Of a stretch of 64,000 bases of DNA, positions 10,293-22,622 are shown one piece after another (within the stretch, counting starts at the first letter, position 1; the number at the start of each line of letters is the position of its first letter). Under the pieces are notes generated by a model. That model saw only the letters and a program-made list of their open reading frames with translations. It did no database searches and was not told the DNA's origin. The translations under genes and the position numbers were made by a program. This DNA comes from Tubulanus polymorphus (taxonomy: Eukaryota; Animalia; Nemertea), in NCBI RefSeq assembly GCF_964204645.1, contig NC_134029.1:620001-684000 (forward strand). The letters are read 5' to 3'.

Positions 10293-11472
10293 TTAAGTCG
10301 CCGGGGTTTTACTGCCGTTTTTACAATCACATTTCTTTTTATCTGGAAATGAAATAAAACAACAGATCAGTGAACGAGTTCGGTATGAATACGTTACGAA
10401 ATCGATCCAAAGTTTAGAAAGTCGCGTACCTGGTTTTGCAAATGGCCACGGGGCTGTCTTAAACTCACTTTCATCAACTAACATATCACCTGTAAATACA
10501 AGTATATCCATGCGTGTATAACTCAAAAACTAAATATATTCAGTTCTACTGCAATTTAGAATTATTCTAGTCCTAGAACATTCTAGTAATAGTTCTAGTT
10601 CGTTCGACTATTCAATATTGTTGAACTGTGGCATTGCGGTGTCGCAACTTGAATTATGAATTAAGAACCATGAATTATTTTAGCTTTCAGTTCAAAAAAT
10701 GAAAACCTAATACTAACAATCTAATTCCCGAACTATTTTAACTTCCATCGTGACGAATTGAGGATTATGAACTGGTTTTGTTTTTTCTTACCGTTTTTAT
10801 CGGCTTGTTTGATCATAAATCTGGCGTCTTCGTCCTCGATTTCAAGAGCGCTGGCGAATTCGTCCACGGATATTTTGCCGTCATCGTTCACGTCGTAATA
10901 GTTAAGATAAGGGGGGATGGGCGTATCGTGTTTGTACGCTGTAGTATTAGCGGCCTGGAAATGTGAAAACAGAATGAATGAATGAATTCTGGCAAAAATC
11001 CAATAACATTCTGATTAAATAATGCTCCTAAGACTGAATTCTAGAAATATGCTACTAATAGCCTAAGACCCAGTATTGATAATCAATTGATGCCCATTGT
11101 TCATGATAAACATATAAAATTGTTTGATTTATTAGTTTTCTCAGATACCAAATTCCACCAGCAAGCTTTCGTAGATGTAGTAAAGCAAGCTTACAATATA
11201 TATATATATTTGTTTAGACGTTTTTGACCAGTATTTAAGCTTATGCTCTTTAATTTTGTCTGGCAATTTATAGATAATCAACTTACCGGCGTATCGTCAC
11301 CAGTGACGTCACGCTTACCTCGGAAGCTACAACGGACCCCGCAGACCAGACGACATCCGCGGAATCCGCATCGGAAACGACAGTATCGTCTACAACGGAA
11401 TCGCGCCTCAGATTGTTCGAAGAAACAGAAAACGGCCAAACAAACCAACGCGAAAAGTATGAAAGAGCGCAT
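10293..11472 (-). CDS. Secreted precursor (152 aa): signal peptide + Arg-rich 6-Cys antimicrobial/toxin-like peptide + GKR site + acidic two-EF-hand domain
   Basis: Coding exons 11472-11287, 10954-10792, 10489-10430 and 10342-10293; all GT-AG, phases 0, 1, 1; 459 nt with stop. Protein MRSFILFALVCLAVFCFFEQSEA/RFRCRRYCRFRCGFRGCRLVCGVRCSFR/GKR/DVTGDDTPAANTTAYKHDTPIPPYLNYYDVNDDGKISVDEFASALEIEDEDARFMIKQADKNGDMLVDESEFKTAPWPFAKPDKKKCDCKNGSKTPAT. Non-coding exon 1 ends at 11677 (AG|gtgagc) and splices to 11480. Confidence 0.9.
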
Positions 11473-11563
11473 CTTTATAACTGAAAATATGACAAAAAAT
11501 AAACGATCAATTTCTAACGATCAGATTCCCGAGAAAAAGCGCAATATATAAATCATTGACACT

Positions 11564-11639
11564 GGATCCAGTTCCACGATACAAATCATGGTTTAACCCT
11601 TAGAATCAAATTATACCGATTAACTGTGGAGCCAGATCT
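11564..11639. mobile_element. Palindromic MITE family copy (GGAYCCAGTTCCAC...GTGGAACTGGRTCC) in intron 1 of the peptide gene
   Basis: ggatccagttccacg ... ctgtggagccagatct. Confidence 0.65.
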
Positions 11640-11763
11640 TCATCGTGTATTCTATAATATTCTAAGAATTGCTCACCTTATTGTCTTCTAGCTTTCTGTT
11701 TATTGTGTACGAACGTCTTTCTGTCGTTTAGAAATTAGTTTATGAAAACTGCCAAAACTCGAG

Positions 11764-11802
11764 CCTTTAAATACTGTTTTCTGGCGGATATGGGTTTTTT
11801 CC
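11764..11802 (-). promoter_or_regulatory. Core promoter of the peptide gene: TATA-like TATTTAAA plus a kappaB/Dorsal-like site
   Basis: TATTTAAA on the minus strand at about 11772-11765, 90 nt upstream of the exon 1 donor; GGGTTTTTTCC at 11792-11802. Confidence 0.45.
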
Positions 11803-12501
11803 ACCAGGACAGACTAAAAACACTTGAACATTGAGAAGATTCTTCACTAAAAACATATTTAGATTTTCCTCGACAGTTTGTAAATATGCTACCTGCACGT
11901 GACCAGGAACTCCGGATAACGACACCACTTGAATATTTGAAGTTCTGTTTGAATTTCTTGTGTACTTTAAATATGTGATATCATGATAGATATGATTTTT
12001 GTTAAAAGTGAAATTCAGGCATTTTACTTGAGACAGGTCATAAACCGGGCAATACCCTCGAGGAACTGGTTGAGGTATTTTTTTCATACTTTAAAAAACC
12101 CAGAATCTTTCGAAAACAAAATTTTTAGATTAGCAATTATGGGTTGGAATTCTACAATCCGTTTTGAGCTTATTTCCATTAAACGTGTAAGAAAGTGGGG
12201 TAAGTAAGATAACGACCTAACCGCTCTCAGTCAAGTTTCCCGACCCGGTTCACTTTCATTTTGCTATTTTCTGCTGGACCGAGATAAAAACCCGATCTTC
12301 TATAATCTTACCATGAAAAGTGATAACCAATGAAGAGACATTTTCTATCCAATTTTTCTTCGTTTAGATTTCATGAAATAAAACATAATTTAAATAAAAG
12401 ATAAACAGAGGTGACGTTATATAATGATATCTTGTCAAAATGTGCTGGTTTAATCTATCACACGTAAAGAATTATAAGCGTTTGTAAGATTTCTATGTCT
12501 T

Positions 12502-13443
12502 TCAGTTTTTCCTACAGCAGAATTTAGCGAGGAAATAAGCACGAATTTCTCGACCCAGTAAAATGTATATGTAGAAATTAAGGGCGTAATTACAAACTTG
12601 AACAAGTGTGAAAATGTCTAAAAGAAATTCCTTAAGTTTGGCCGGACCTGGTGAGAAAACAGCGATTGTGTTTGGAAGTGTAAATAAGACAAACGCGAAT
12701 GAAACTGTTACCAACATCAGAGTGGTCCGTTTAGCTTTTGCCGTTTTCTGATCAGACGAAACAATTTTCGAACCTCTGGATAACTGGAATATTATGATAA
12801 CATTTGATGTTACTATTATCAACAAAGGTAGAAAGTAATTCAACGTGACGAATAAAGCAAAAATTATGAATTGATCAGAAACGTTGTAGTAACATCCGTT
12901 AGACCAATAAGAAAACTTCATCATCCAAGGAGCAATTATGCAAACAAGTGCGGTCTTTACGCAAATGAGTAAAATGGCGCATCGGGCGAATCTAGGTGTA
13001 CATATCAAACGAGATGTGAACGGGAAGAGAACAACTGCCGCACGTTCTAGAGATATCGCTACTATAAACCAGGCGCTGTTTGTGGCTGCGAAGGCCGTGA
13101 AATATTCGTATAGTTGACAACCTATCAGTGAATCTATCACAAATATAGGATCGATATTTACGTACAAGAGAACAAACTGTAAAACAGGCATCAGTGTAAA
13201 ATTCATGCAAACAACCAAATCGCATAAAGACAAAACGATCAGATAGTTAGCGTAAGATAAATTGCGAAATCTGCGACTTATCATTATCAGGAAAGATGCC
13301 GTATTTCCAAAGGAGCCCAGCAGAAACAGAATCAGTAGAATAACCACAGAAAACATTCGGTAACTTCCAGACTTGTTCTCTACTGACGTTAGGACGATGT
13401 AATAGTAAGGACGACCAATCAGTATCTGAGAAGAATTCTTCAT
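12502..13443 (-). CDS. Intronless rhodopsin-like (class A) GPCR, FMRFamide-receptor-like/orphan type, 313 aa
   Basis: Seven hydrophobic segments; TM1 GN, TM2 YLIVLSLCD, Cys at the top of TM3, TM3 SAWFIVAISLERAAVVLFPF (ER in place of DRY), TM5 FLP, TM6 FVLFTLP, TM7 NYALNFYIY, helix 8 REIR followed by a CC palmitoylation-type pair. Confidence 0.93.
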   Translation of the reverse strand: MKNSSQILIGRPYYYIVLTSVENKSGSYRMFSVVILLILFLLGSFGNTASFLIMISRRFRNLSYANYLIVLSLCDLVVCMNFTLMPVLQFVLLYVNIDPIFVIDSLIGCQLYEYFTAFAATNSAWFIVAISLERAAVVLFPFTSRLICTPRFARCAILLICVKTALVCIIAPWMMKFSYWSNGCYYNVSDQFIIFALFVTLNYFLPLLIIVTSNVIIIFQLSRGSKIVSSDQKTAKAKRTTLMLVTVSFAFVLFTLPNTIAVFSPGPAKLKEFLLDIFTLVQVCNYALNFYIYILLGREIRAYFLAKFCCRKN

Positions 13444-15643
13444 TTCTGTTTCCTATCTGTCTGACTTCTGACTGTCTGACTGTCTGACTGTCTATCTGAC
13501 TGTCTATTGTGGTTTGACGCGATAACGAAATGAAAGATAAAATGACAATTTGTACAATATAAATTGTTTATTGTGTTTGTGACATCTGATTTGTTAACTT
13601 TGGCAACTTTCTCCAAAACGAATCGATACAAATTCAGTTATATACGAATAGACGCATTGTGCAAAGTTTGAATTAGATTAACATGCAGCGTGTTCTATAG
13701 ATTGCCACTGACACATGGTAGACTAAAGTAATATTCCAATGCATGAATCGTTTGTCAAATTAAATTTACGATAATTCTAGAAAAATCTTGACACTGTGGA
13801 GTTTACTAATATAGTCAGTATTCGGGTGACAGTTAAACAGTTACAGAGTTTACAGTCAAAATCAGATCACGGTCGAATCCTTACGAAATTCCGTAACCAG
13901 AAGGAAACAGTTAGTCACATTGCAGGGTCTTACTCACGATTAATATGCCATCTATCGGAATAAAGCTGCGGCACTTACAGCACAATCTTCCACTGAATTT
14001 ATATCTGTTCACTATGAAAGTGGGTGTCAAAAAATTCATAAATAATACTTTGTAATATATAGAATAACTTAAGATAGAAAGCAATGGAAAATAGCTTTGA
14101 ATTCATCTTCTTTTTTATTTTGTTTTGCGGTAAGTCCATCCCCTTTTGAACTCAATATTTGTGGCTGATATCTATTTCCGTACAGATGAGAGAAATAGAG
14201 ATAAATAGTTACGTTTCCTTTTTTTTCAACAAAATCGATCTTAATGGCGCAAACTCGACGCAAACAAAGCTAATACCTCGATGTTAAGTAGAGTCTAGGG
14301 AGCCTTGTTATTAGCAGATCCACATCGACAGCGGGCGCAGTATCACCTCAAAGCATGAAGAGCCATCGACAAGTTCTCCCAGTTAATGGCACTTGTTCTT
14401 TTCGACCACTTTATCAATCAAGACTATAAGGCGGCGAAATACAAATGTAACATGGTCTCATCATCATCCAGCGCGTTACCACTATACGAATTCTATCGTC
14501 GTCGCTTTGATGATGCGGACCTATAACACTCTCCAACACTCTGTGTGACACTCGCTGGTCACTTTCTCCTGCGGGTTTTACGTAATTCACACCTCTCCTC
14601 TGCTGGTCATCGATCAGCCGATATTTCATGATGAAAACAAATGAGCTACAAATAGGTATGTGATATGTGTTTATGTTATCTGTGAATAAAGGAGTCGGAG
14701 GCGGAGGCGGAGTCGGAGTCGTTCTGTCTCTGTCGCAACTCTTAAATCACTATGTTCGCACTGTGTTAACACGCTCATATCTGATCAACAATCTCCAGTA
14801 AAAAGAAAATGATTTAAGACCAATCACAGGAGGCTGATTATTCGAACCCTTTTCCTGTATTATACGTTGCCGCTGATTCTACTGTGTCTACGATTGCATA
14901 GCATTAATACGTACGCACGGAAGCGTTCTAGGGACAGCAGCTTTTCTCACGTCCCTAGGACGACGCTTCAGTACATTGGTAGCTTTCTATTGAAGAAGTT
15001 TTTGGTGGTCGAAATTCTCTCTGAAGCCCTGATTGACTAAGCTTATTTCGTATCAATAATGTTTTGATTCCGATTACGCGAAAGATGATCTGATTACATT
15101 CTCAATACGGTACTTAAAGTAGATGTTTAAAACTTGAATTGATAGTGGTATTTTTCGAGGGTTGGTTGCGCGCGTACGTGTGTGTGAATGACTGCCAGTT
15201 TGCGGATTAATTCTTTCAGCTCACGTGATTGGTTGAATCGCAATAGCTGCTCTACATTAAAACACCGAAAATCTAATTAAATCTTTAAGCACTGTGAGTA
15301 TAAGCACCACTCGAAATTGATATGAAATCATGTGAAGTGTTTTAATTTGAAATTTGAAAATTGATGACGATGTTTATGGTATATGTTGAAGTAGGTCTTC
15401 TAATTCAGGCTGTCATCTTTATTTCACACCAGGCGAGAGAGAAAGGGATTGATCTCGTAAATTTCCATATTTAAAAATCTTTTGATTCTGTCTAATTGAA
15501 AGCTCTACTCATTAAATCTGGCATCAACAGACAATGAAGAGAGGAAGTCAAACCCGTTTGACTGAACACTTCATTTTAATTCTTTTTGAACAATTATTTC
15601 CTGTTACTAGGATACCCAGTGTCTTCAAGAACCATACTAGCCT

Positions 15644-15718
15644 GGACCCAGTTCTACACTTGTGAATTAGAGTCGACTCTGCGTTAAAATCTTAACTCGG
15701 AACTGTGGAACTGGGTCC
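15644..15718. mobile_element. Palindromic MITE family copy
   Basis: ggacccagttctacac ... ctgtggaactgggtcc. Related copies at about 5516, 10690, 15978, 18434, 19254, 21025, 21198, 23035, 27260, 36496, 38070, 41625, 47100, 61514 and 62215. Confidence 0.8.
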
Positions 15719-15977
15719 TAGATATAAAAAGCTCACCACCAGAGCCCCCTAGATAATCATCACTGGGATATTTTTTTTGAAAATCATGCTTTTCTGCTGA
15801 TTATAAATTCAGTTAAAAGTCAAGAATGAAAATATGAGATAAGAGTTGATATTTCTTTCAATTAACGAACTCCGTGATGACGTCAGCCATTTTGTGTCTT
15901 TTATTCAATTCTTCGTGTAGTTTAGTGAGGATATTCGTGACTTTTCGAGATATAAATTAACCAAATTCATTAATTCA

Positions 15978-16101
15978 TGGCCCAGTTACTCAGCGATGAC
16001 CTGTGATCGTCTTGGTGCAATAGCCAATTCAATAACTCGAGACATTGTTTTTATGCGGCTAAGACCACTTGCACTTAAGTCACAACTGTGAAACTGGATC
16101 C
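15978..16101. mobile_element. Palindromic MITE family copy (longer variant)
   Basis: tggcccagtt ... caactgtgaaactggatcc. Confidence 0.6.
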
Positions 16102-16483
16102 AGGTCTTGACACGATCGACACTTTTCATTGAAATTGATGGATCGTAATACGTAGATCTATAAGCTGAAATTGCTGATGTTTTTGTGGTGTTTTCATCAG
16201 TTCGCTTCCTTAGTAAGACCGTCTTGCTTCTGAAGGATAAAGGCTTATTATATTTCTAAAGGCATATCATAATAGATATGTATATAAAACATTAAAAATG
16301 TCTAATCAGAAATTCAGCTAGATTAATCTGCATCACGCGCGTTTCGGGCGACGCTTTGATTCCTGTTTTCATTTTATACCGCGCACTGTGTACATCTCCG
16401 AACCGGAAATCGCTGCGCTTTTAATCTGAAGAAAATTTGTCGACAAACAATGCAGGAGATTTCCGTGAATCGAAACCAGAATA

Positions 16484-16658
16484 GAGGATAGACATCGATA
16501 TCCGCGACACGAGGAGGAGACATCGCTATCCCCGACACGAGGAGGAGACATCGCTATCCACGACACGAGGAGGAGACATCGCTATCCACGCCACGAGGAG
16601 GAGACATCGCTATCCACGACACGAGGAGGAGACATTGCTATCCATAGGAGACATAGCC
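16484..16658. repeat. 28-bp minisatellite (CGACACGAGGAGGAGACATCGCTATCCA)n, about 5.5 copies
   Basis: Copies start every 28 nt (for example 16533, 16561, 16589, 16617). Confidence 0.95.
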
Positions 16659-19600
16659 AATTCCATTTCAAAAGATGCGCCATTTTGTCGTTGTACTCGG
16701 AATGTTGAAATCTATCTCTGGCAGGTGAGGTCACTGTACGCGATGGATTACCTATATCTAATCCGTTATTCAATATTCAACAGACACAAAACTTGATAGA
16801 TTTTTTTAAGACCGGATTTTCTTGTGTAGAGACAGCAATGTGCCGGATAGAGAGTTGAAGTAAGATATAGATAAGATATTTATTTCACTCCAACCATAAG
16901 AATGGTACATGGCGGCAAGATTGAATACATGAAATATAAAAATCTACAAAACATGAACAGAATTATGTACATACAGTAAAAACAAATAGGAAAATAATTC
17001 CATAACAAAATTTACGTAAGATCCAATTTTTCAGTCCGATCTGTGTGTCACGCCCCCTGGTGGACTCCCGACACCTCGAGATATAGGTCAGTAATGAGCT
17101 CCTATTCGACAGCTGTATTTGGATACAAACCATCAGATAATGTCATTAACAATGCTAGAAATACGGACGGACGTTTACCATCTGAATAAAAGAGATGACT
17201 GATGCCTTTACAATAGATTCAAATATATGCGCGATCACGGGTTGTTTTGTAGTAAACCGCGGGTATTTCACCGTTCTCTGTAAGAAGCTTATCTCAAATC
17301 GTTGTCGTCCAATAGTTAACACGATTATATAGAAAGGTAACGCTTTTTTTGCCGGTAATCTTCGTATGACGCGGGACGGTGAATTCAAAGCCATTATTTA
17401 CATCAAAAGACGACACGATGATATTTCTTCATCGGTCGTATAGTTAGATTACTGCGATGTTTTATGTTTTCTGCGACTTATGTTATGATAGTTAAGACCG
17501 TTAACTGACCACTGTCCACCTGGTTATAACAGCATATTTACTGTGTATGAGAGAAAGGTTTCCCATTAATAATCGCATCATGCTTCACGCTGTCATTGCT
17601 CGGATGAAAAACCGAACGATGATTTTATCACTTGCGACGACACCATACAGAGAATCTTCAACAATGAGTCTAAATCAGAAAGGTGAAAATTAATCTTAAG
17701 TTTTGAGAGTTTTTCATGTAAAAATTGTATGAAATTCTGCATGAGCATGAGGTCACTTCGAGGCTCGAAGAAAATTTAGTCTAGTATCTATTTTTGGATA
17801 ACCCGTAAGATCATTTGTTATTCAAAGTGATTCTTTACAAAGAGAAAAACCGATTTGAATTGAATATAAATCAATAAAAATGCGAGTGAATGAACAGTGG
17901 GTTTGTATTTTCATGAATTTTGATTACGCATATTTCTCCTGACTGTCACTGATAATAATTCTACTATTCATAAGGTTAATTTTGACAGATTTTCCCATGA
18001 AAATTTATAGAATATTTAGCATGAATTTCTACGATGTAGGGAATTTGTTTTCTAGCATTGTTAACGGTAGCGGTCGTGTTTTTTCCTGAGTGCTGTCACA
18101 CAATGAAAGCACTGATTGATCAAGTTAGAGCTTGTGTCCGTTGTCTGTTGCAAAACCATTTATATTCATCTATTCTCTGACCCCGGACGGAATGGACATC
18201 AGATCTTCCGACGTTTTTTATCACACTCGTCTTCCTTCCTCGCATGATGTCCAATTAGTCGGCCACGTTTTAATCTATCATTGGTCCATTTCCGCCGGAA
18301 ATAACGAGGGAATCTATTCGCAGAGGGCGCTAGAGTGTTAAACTGTATCACCTGCTGCTAAACCCAACAATGAGGCTTGGTTTTTTTGTGACGAGGAAAT
18401 CGACGAGTCATCTCGATCTCACAACAGCTTGATTCCAGTTCCACGGTTCATCGTAAATAATCCGACTTAAACAAGTTGAATTATCGAAAACAAAACTCTT
18501 GATCCAGGATCAGTCGGTTCTGCAGTTGTGAGTTAGCGTCAAATACTAATCCAGGCTTACAGTTCATGGTTAAGTTTTCAAACTCAAATTTTAACAGAGA
18601 TCCCGTGGAACCAGATTCTGAAATAAACAGCAACAAACCTATTTTTTCCTACGGTTTCATCAAAACTTCCCCGACACCAGCAGCGTGGCAGTAGATCTAA
18701 TGGGGAGTCGAGTCTTAATTCAACTCGCTGAAATCTGATACATTGTGGACATTTAACTTTACCTATGAGATTCATTTACACCGCACTTAAACCGAGACGC
18801 AAGCATGAAAATATTCTCTTATGGTGACTCGAGTTAAACGGTGAAAATGAAACGCCTGTTGGAATTGTGAGACATATAACTGACAACAATATCAGCGGAT
18901 ATTATTTACATACAGAAACTATACAAAACTTCGTGTTATTAAAAACCGGTCGTGGGGGCTGGGAAATTACGACCTTGACATTAAATTGGTAGATTAAAAC
19001 AAAGCTTTCTGATTTTATAGCTATGTTTATAGCAAACTTATCTAGCTTTCGTTAATGTGTGACTAGGCCAGGTGGTGTGAACCTAACAAGTCATCTACAG
19101 TAAAAACAATGAAATGAACTATTATTAAAGTTAAACCTTACCGACACGATCTAAACGCCTAGTTCTCTAGTTCTGGTTTGATTAAACTTTACCGAGAATG
19201 ATAGAATTTTTTAGTCCTGAGAATGATCTGTAGGTTTCAGTTGGTCCACACAAAGTTCCACGGTCATGAGTTAATTCTGAGTTGTAATCAGTTCATTTCC
19301 CAGAGTCAAATCGGAACTGCGGAACTGGGTCCCGCGGCTGCATTGTCAGATGTGGTTTTCTTAGGTGGTCAATAGGTCACATCTCTCAAGGTTAAGTGTA
19401 ATTGATAATTTTTGACACGAAATAGCGAGTTAAGTCGGGCCATTTATCAACGAAGAAACACATTGAATGCTGATCAGTCACAGCAGTAGACAGAGGGAGA
19501 AAGAGAGGGAGGGAGGGAGGGAGAGAGAGGGAGAGAGAGGGAGAGAGAGAGAGGCTGAGGTCGCGTGATGCTGATCTGTGCAGTCCGGTGGCACTGTCAG

Positions 19601-19940
19601 ATTATCCGTCGCTGCGGCAACCGATCATAGACATCTATTACAACTGTGAACAGACGTCATAGAAAAACCCAAACGCATTCTCTCTATTGAAAGGTGATTA
19701 TGGTTGACATGGAAATAAACTTAAAACGTACACAGCCGAATCAGCGCAGGTGATCAGTTCAATAGAAACTAGCGCGACAACTGGAAATGCACATTAATAC
19801 CACTCCGATACGAGCTAGCGACAAACATCTATACATCATAAACATCATTTACATCAATAATAATTCATTAAGTCAGAACTGAACGAACTGAGCTTTCAAT
19901 TGAAATGACCAAATATACCGGATAAAACGAAACAGATTTA

Positions 19941-20360
<420 letters not shown>

Positions 20361-22479
20361 AAGAATACGTCTCACTTTAGTCGAGCGTAACACATGTGAT
20401 ATGAGGGTGAAACGGACAGTTATTATGATTGATTATAGATGAGAAATAAGCGCTTTCTCATAGATAGATAAATCAGTATTTCTTCTTACACTTCCACATA
20501 AAACGCTAATGCTCTTGTTCTGCGAAAAAAGAGCCACAGAGAGAAAGCACTTAATGGAAAATACTAGTAAATGTGGGTATGAGATTGGGATGGGCTACTT
20601 AGTTATATTTATACCATTCGCGCCGGTTATTACACCCAAAATTTTTTCAGGTGAATTGATAACCGGGGTCATTATCATCCTCCATCTCGCGAACCCGCGC
20701 CCCTTATACAGCCGCCCCCTGGTGACTGCAGATAAAACAGACAATTACCCCCGCATTAGACTATTGATTTTATTCTGTTTAGAATCTCTCGTATTGTACT
20801 CGTGTGAATTCGGAGTCGCGGAATTGAAAGGAAATAGTTTCGACTCGGAATGAAATCATCAACACTTCATTTCCTGGTTTCAGATGCGATTCGTGAAATA
20901 GTGATTTCAACAGAAATTCATTCGAAGAATTGCTGAAAAACAAAGCGTATGATGCAATGGAGAGGCGCAGCTCATCGAGCGAGATATAACATTGGAAATC
21001 ATTGTATATTCTGAAGATATTCGAACTCAGTTCCATGTTGTAAAGTCTAAATTAGTTCATTCACAATATTCAACTCAAAACAGTGGAACAGGTGCCCGTA
21101 TCCTGATATATCACGACATCTGATATTCTCTGAGCCAACTTCAGATATAAGTCCAGATATTTTACGATATTTGAACACGGTAGATCAAAAATGCCGCTGG
21201 GTCCAGTTCCATAGTTCTGAGTTGATCCAGAGTTAAAGAGCTCTTATCGAAAATGAACTTATTTCAATTCAGACCTAACTTTTAATGTGGAACTTTATCT
21301 ACCCGTAAGTTATACGTATATCATAAGCTCTGATTGCTGTTTTTTTTAATCTATTCTGAAGATATTCGAACTCAGTTCCAAAAGCTCAGATTTTGTTTTT
21401 TAAAGTACACCAGAAATCACTTGGTTTTCAGCGGTTGAAAAAACCCGAGTTCTATATACGTGTGAAAAGGTGAGAAAATAATTCTGAAAAAAACTCAGTT
21501 GATGTTAGTTTTGCCTGCGTCAGATAATTAACGTGCAGTAGATTATCTCGACTCTCACTCTAACTGTAATTATACTGCAGCTACATTAATCAATTATTCA
21601 AACCAACTTTTCTGCATCGATACAACCTTCAGATTGCATCCATCAGAAAGGTTGATTCTCGGCAGGAAATTAAAAAAGAAACAGCTTTTAAAAATCTGAA
21701 AATCATATTTATAATTTTGAGATAATCGCTCGCATTCAATAACAGTCAGTGTAGTTCTACTTAAAGCGGCATGGTGGCGCTGGTAGTCTTTGTTTTTCCT
21801 GTGAAATAAAGAAGGCAAACTTTTGAAAAGTTTTCTAACTTGAATTTTCGATTCTTGCGATTAAAAACCATCTCATATTAAGCTGCTATATATCATAGTT
21901 TTCATTCAATATTTGATATTCGACGACCATGTATACTGATTGGTTGATCTTTGCTTATCTTATACATATCCAAAACCGGTTAAATATGATAATCAAGCGA
22001 TGGAACGCTATTTGATATTGTATTTATGAAACTGCGAGATAAGCAATAGAAATGTTTATTTGTAATAAACCTGGATGACGAAAACGCGTGTGGTTTAGAA
22101 TTAAACATGTTTCACGACGGAGACTAATTCATATTTAACGCTAACATCACACAATAACCACCGCGAACTGCGGCGTATCCGGTATCGGCGAAATGTCATA
22201 TCGTGAAAATCGAATTTCATCGGCAAAAACACGAACCTGAAAAGAGAGGCGGAATATGAATGAAGCGGCCCTTGAAGTGAGTAGTCCTAGTTTAGTCAAT
22301 AACGGCTGTAAACGAACCCCTTCACATCTGAACAGCATTGATAATTATTTGCTTAGAGATTTCTATGGGATAAAAACCAATTGTAATATGCGAGACACGC
22401 GTCACGTGGTTTCCGGTGTCGTTGTGAATTTCAATACGTAACTGTTAAACAAAGGGACACTTTACTCTGATGCGAGGCT

Positions 22480-22622
22480 GATGGGAGGGAGAGGGAACCA
22501 GGGAGATGTAGATGGAGAGGGGACCAGGGAGATGGGCAGGAAGAGGGAGAAGGTCCAGGTACAGGGTGGAGGAGCCAGGGATAGGGCGGAGGAGCCAGGA
22601 AAAGGTGGAGGAGCCAGGGAGA
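22480..22622. repeat. Degenerate purine-rich repeat (GGAGGAGCCAGGGA-like)
   Basis: Recurring ccaggga/ggaggagccagg units. Confidence 0.7.

Noticed and set aside
11243-11551. 102-aa plus-strand basic ORF
   Set aside because: Antisense shadow of the peptide precursor exon.
21007-21380. Exact 29-bp direct repeat (21007-21035 and 21352-21380) as a TSD or LTR
   Set aside because: Overlaps a MITE end and encloses no element-like interior; simple local duplication.
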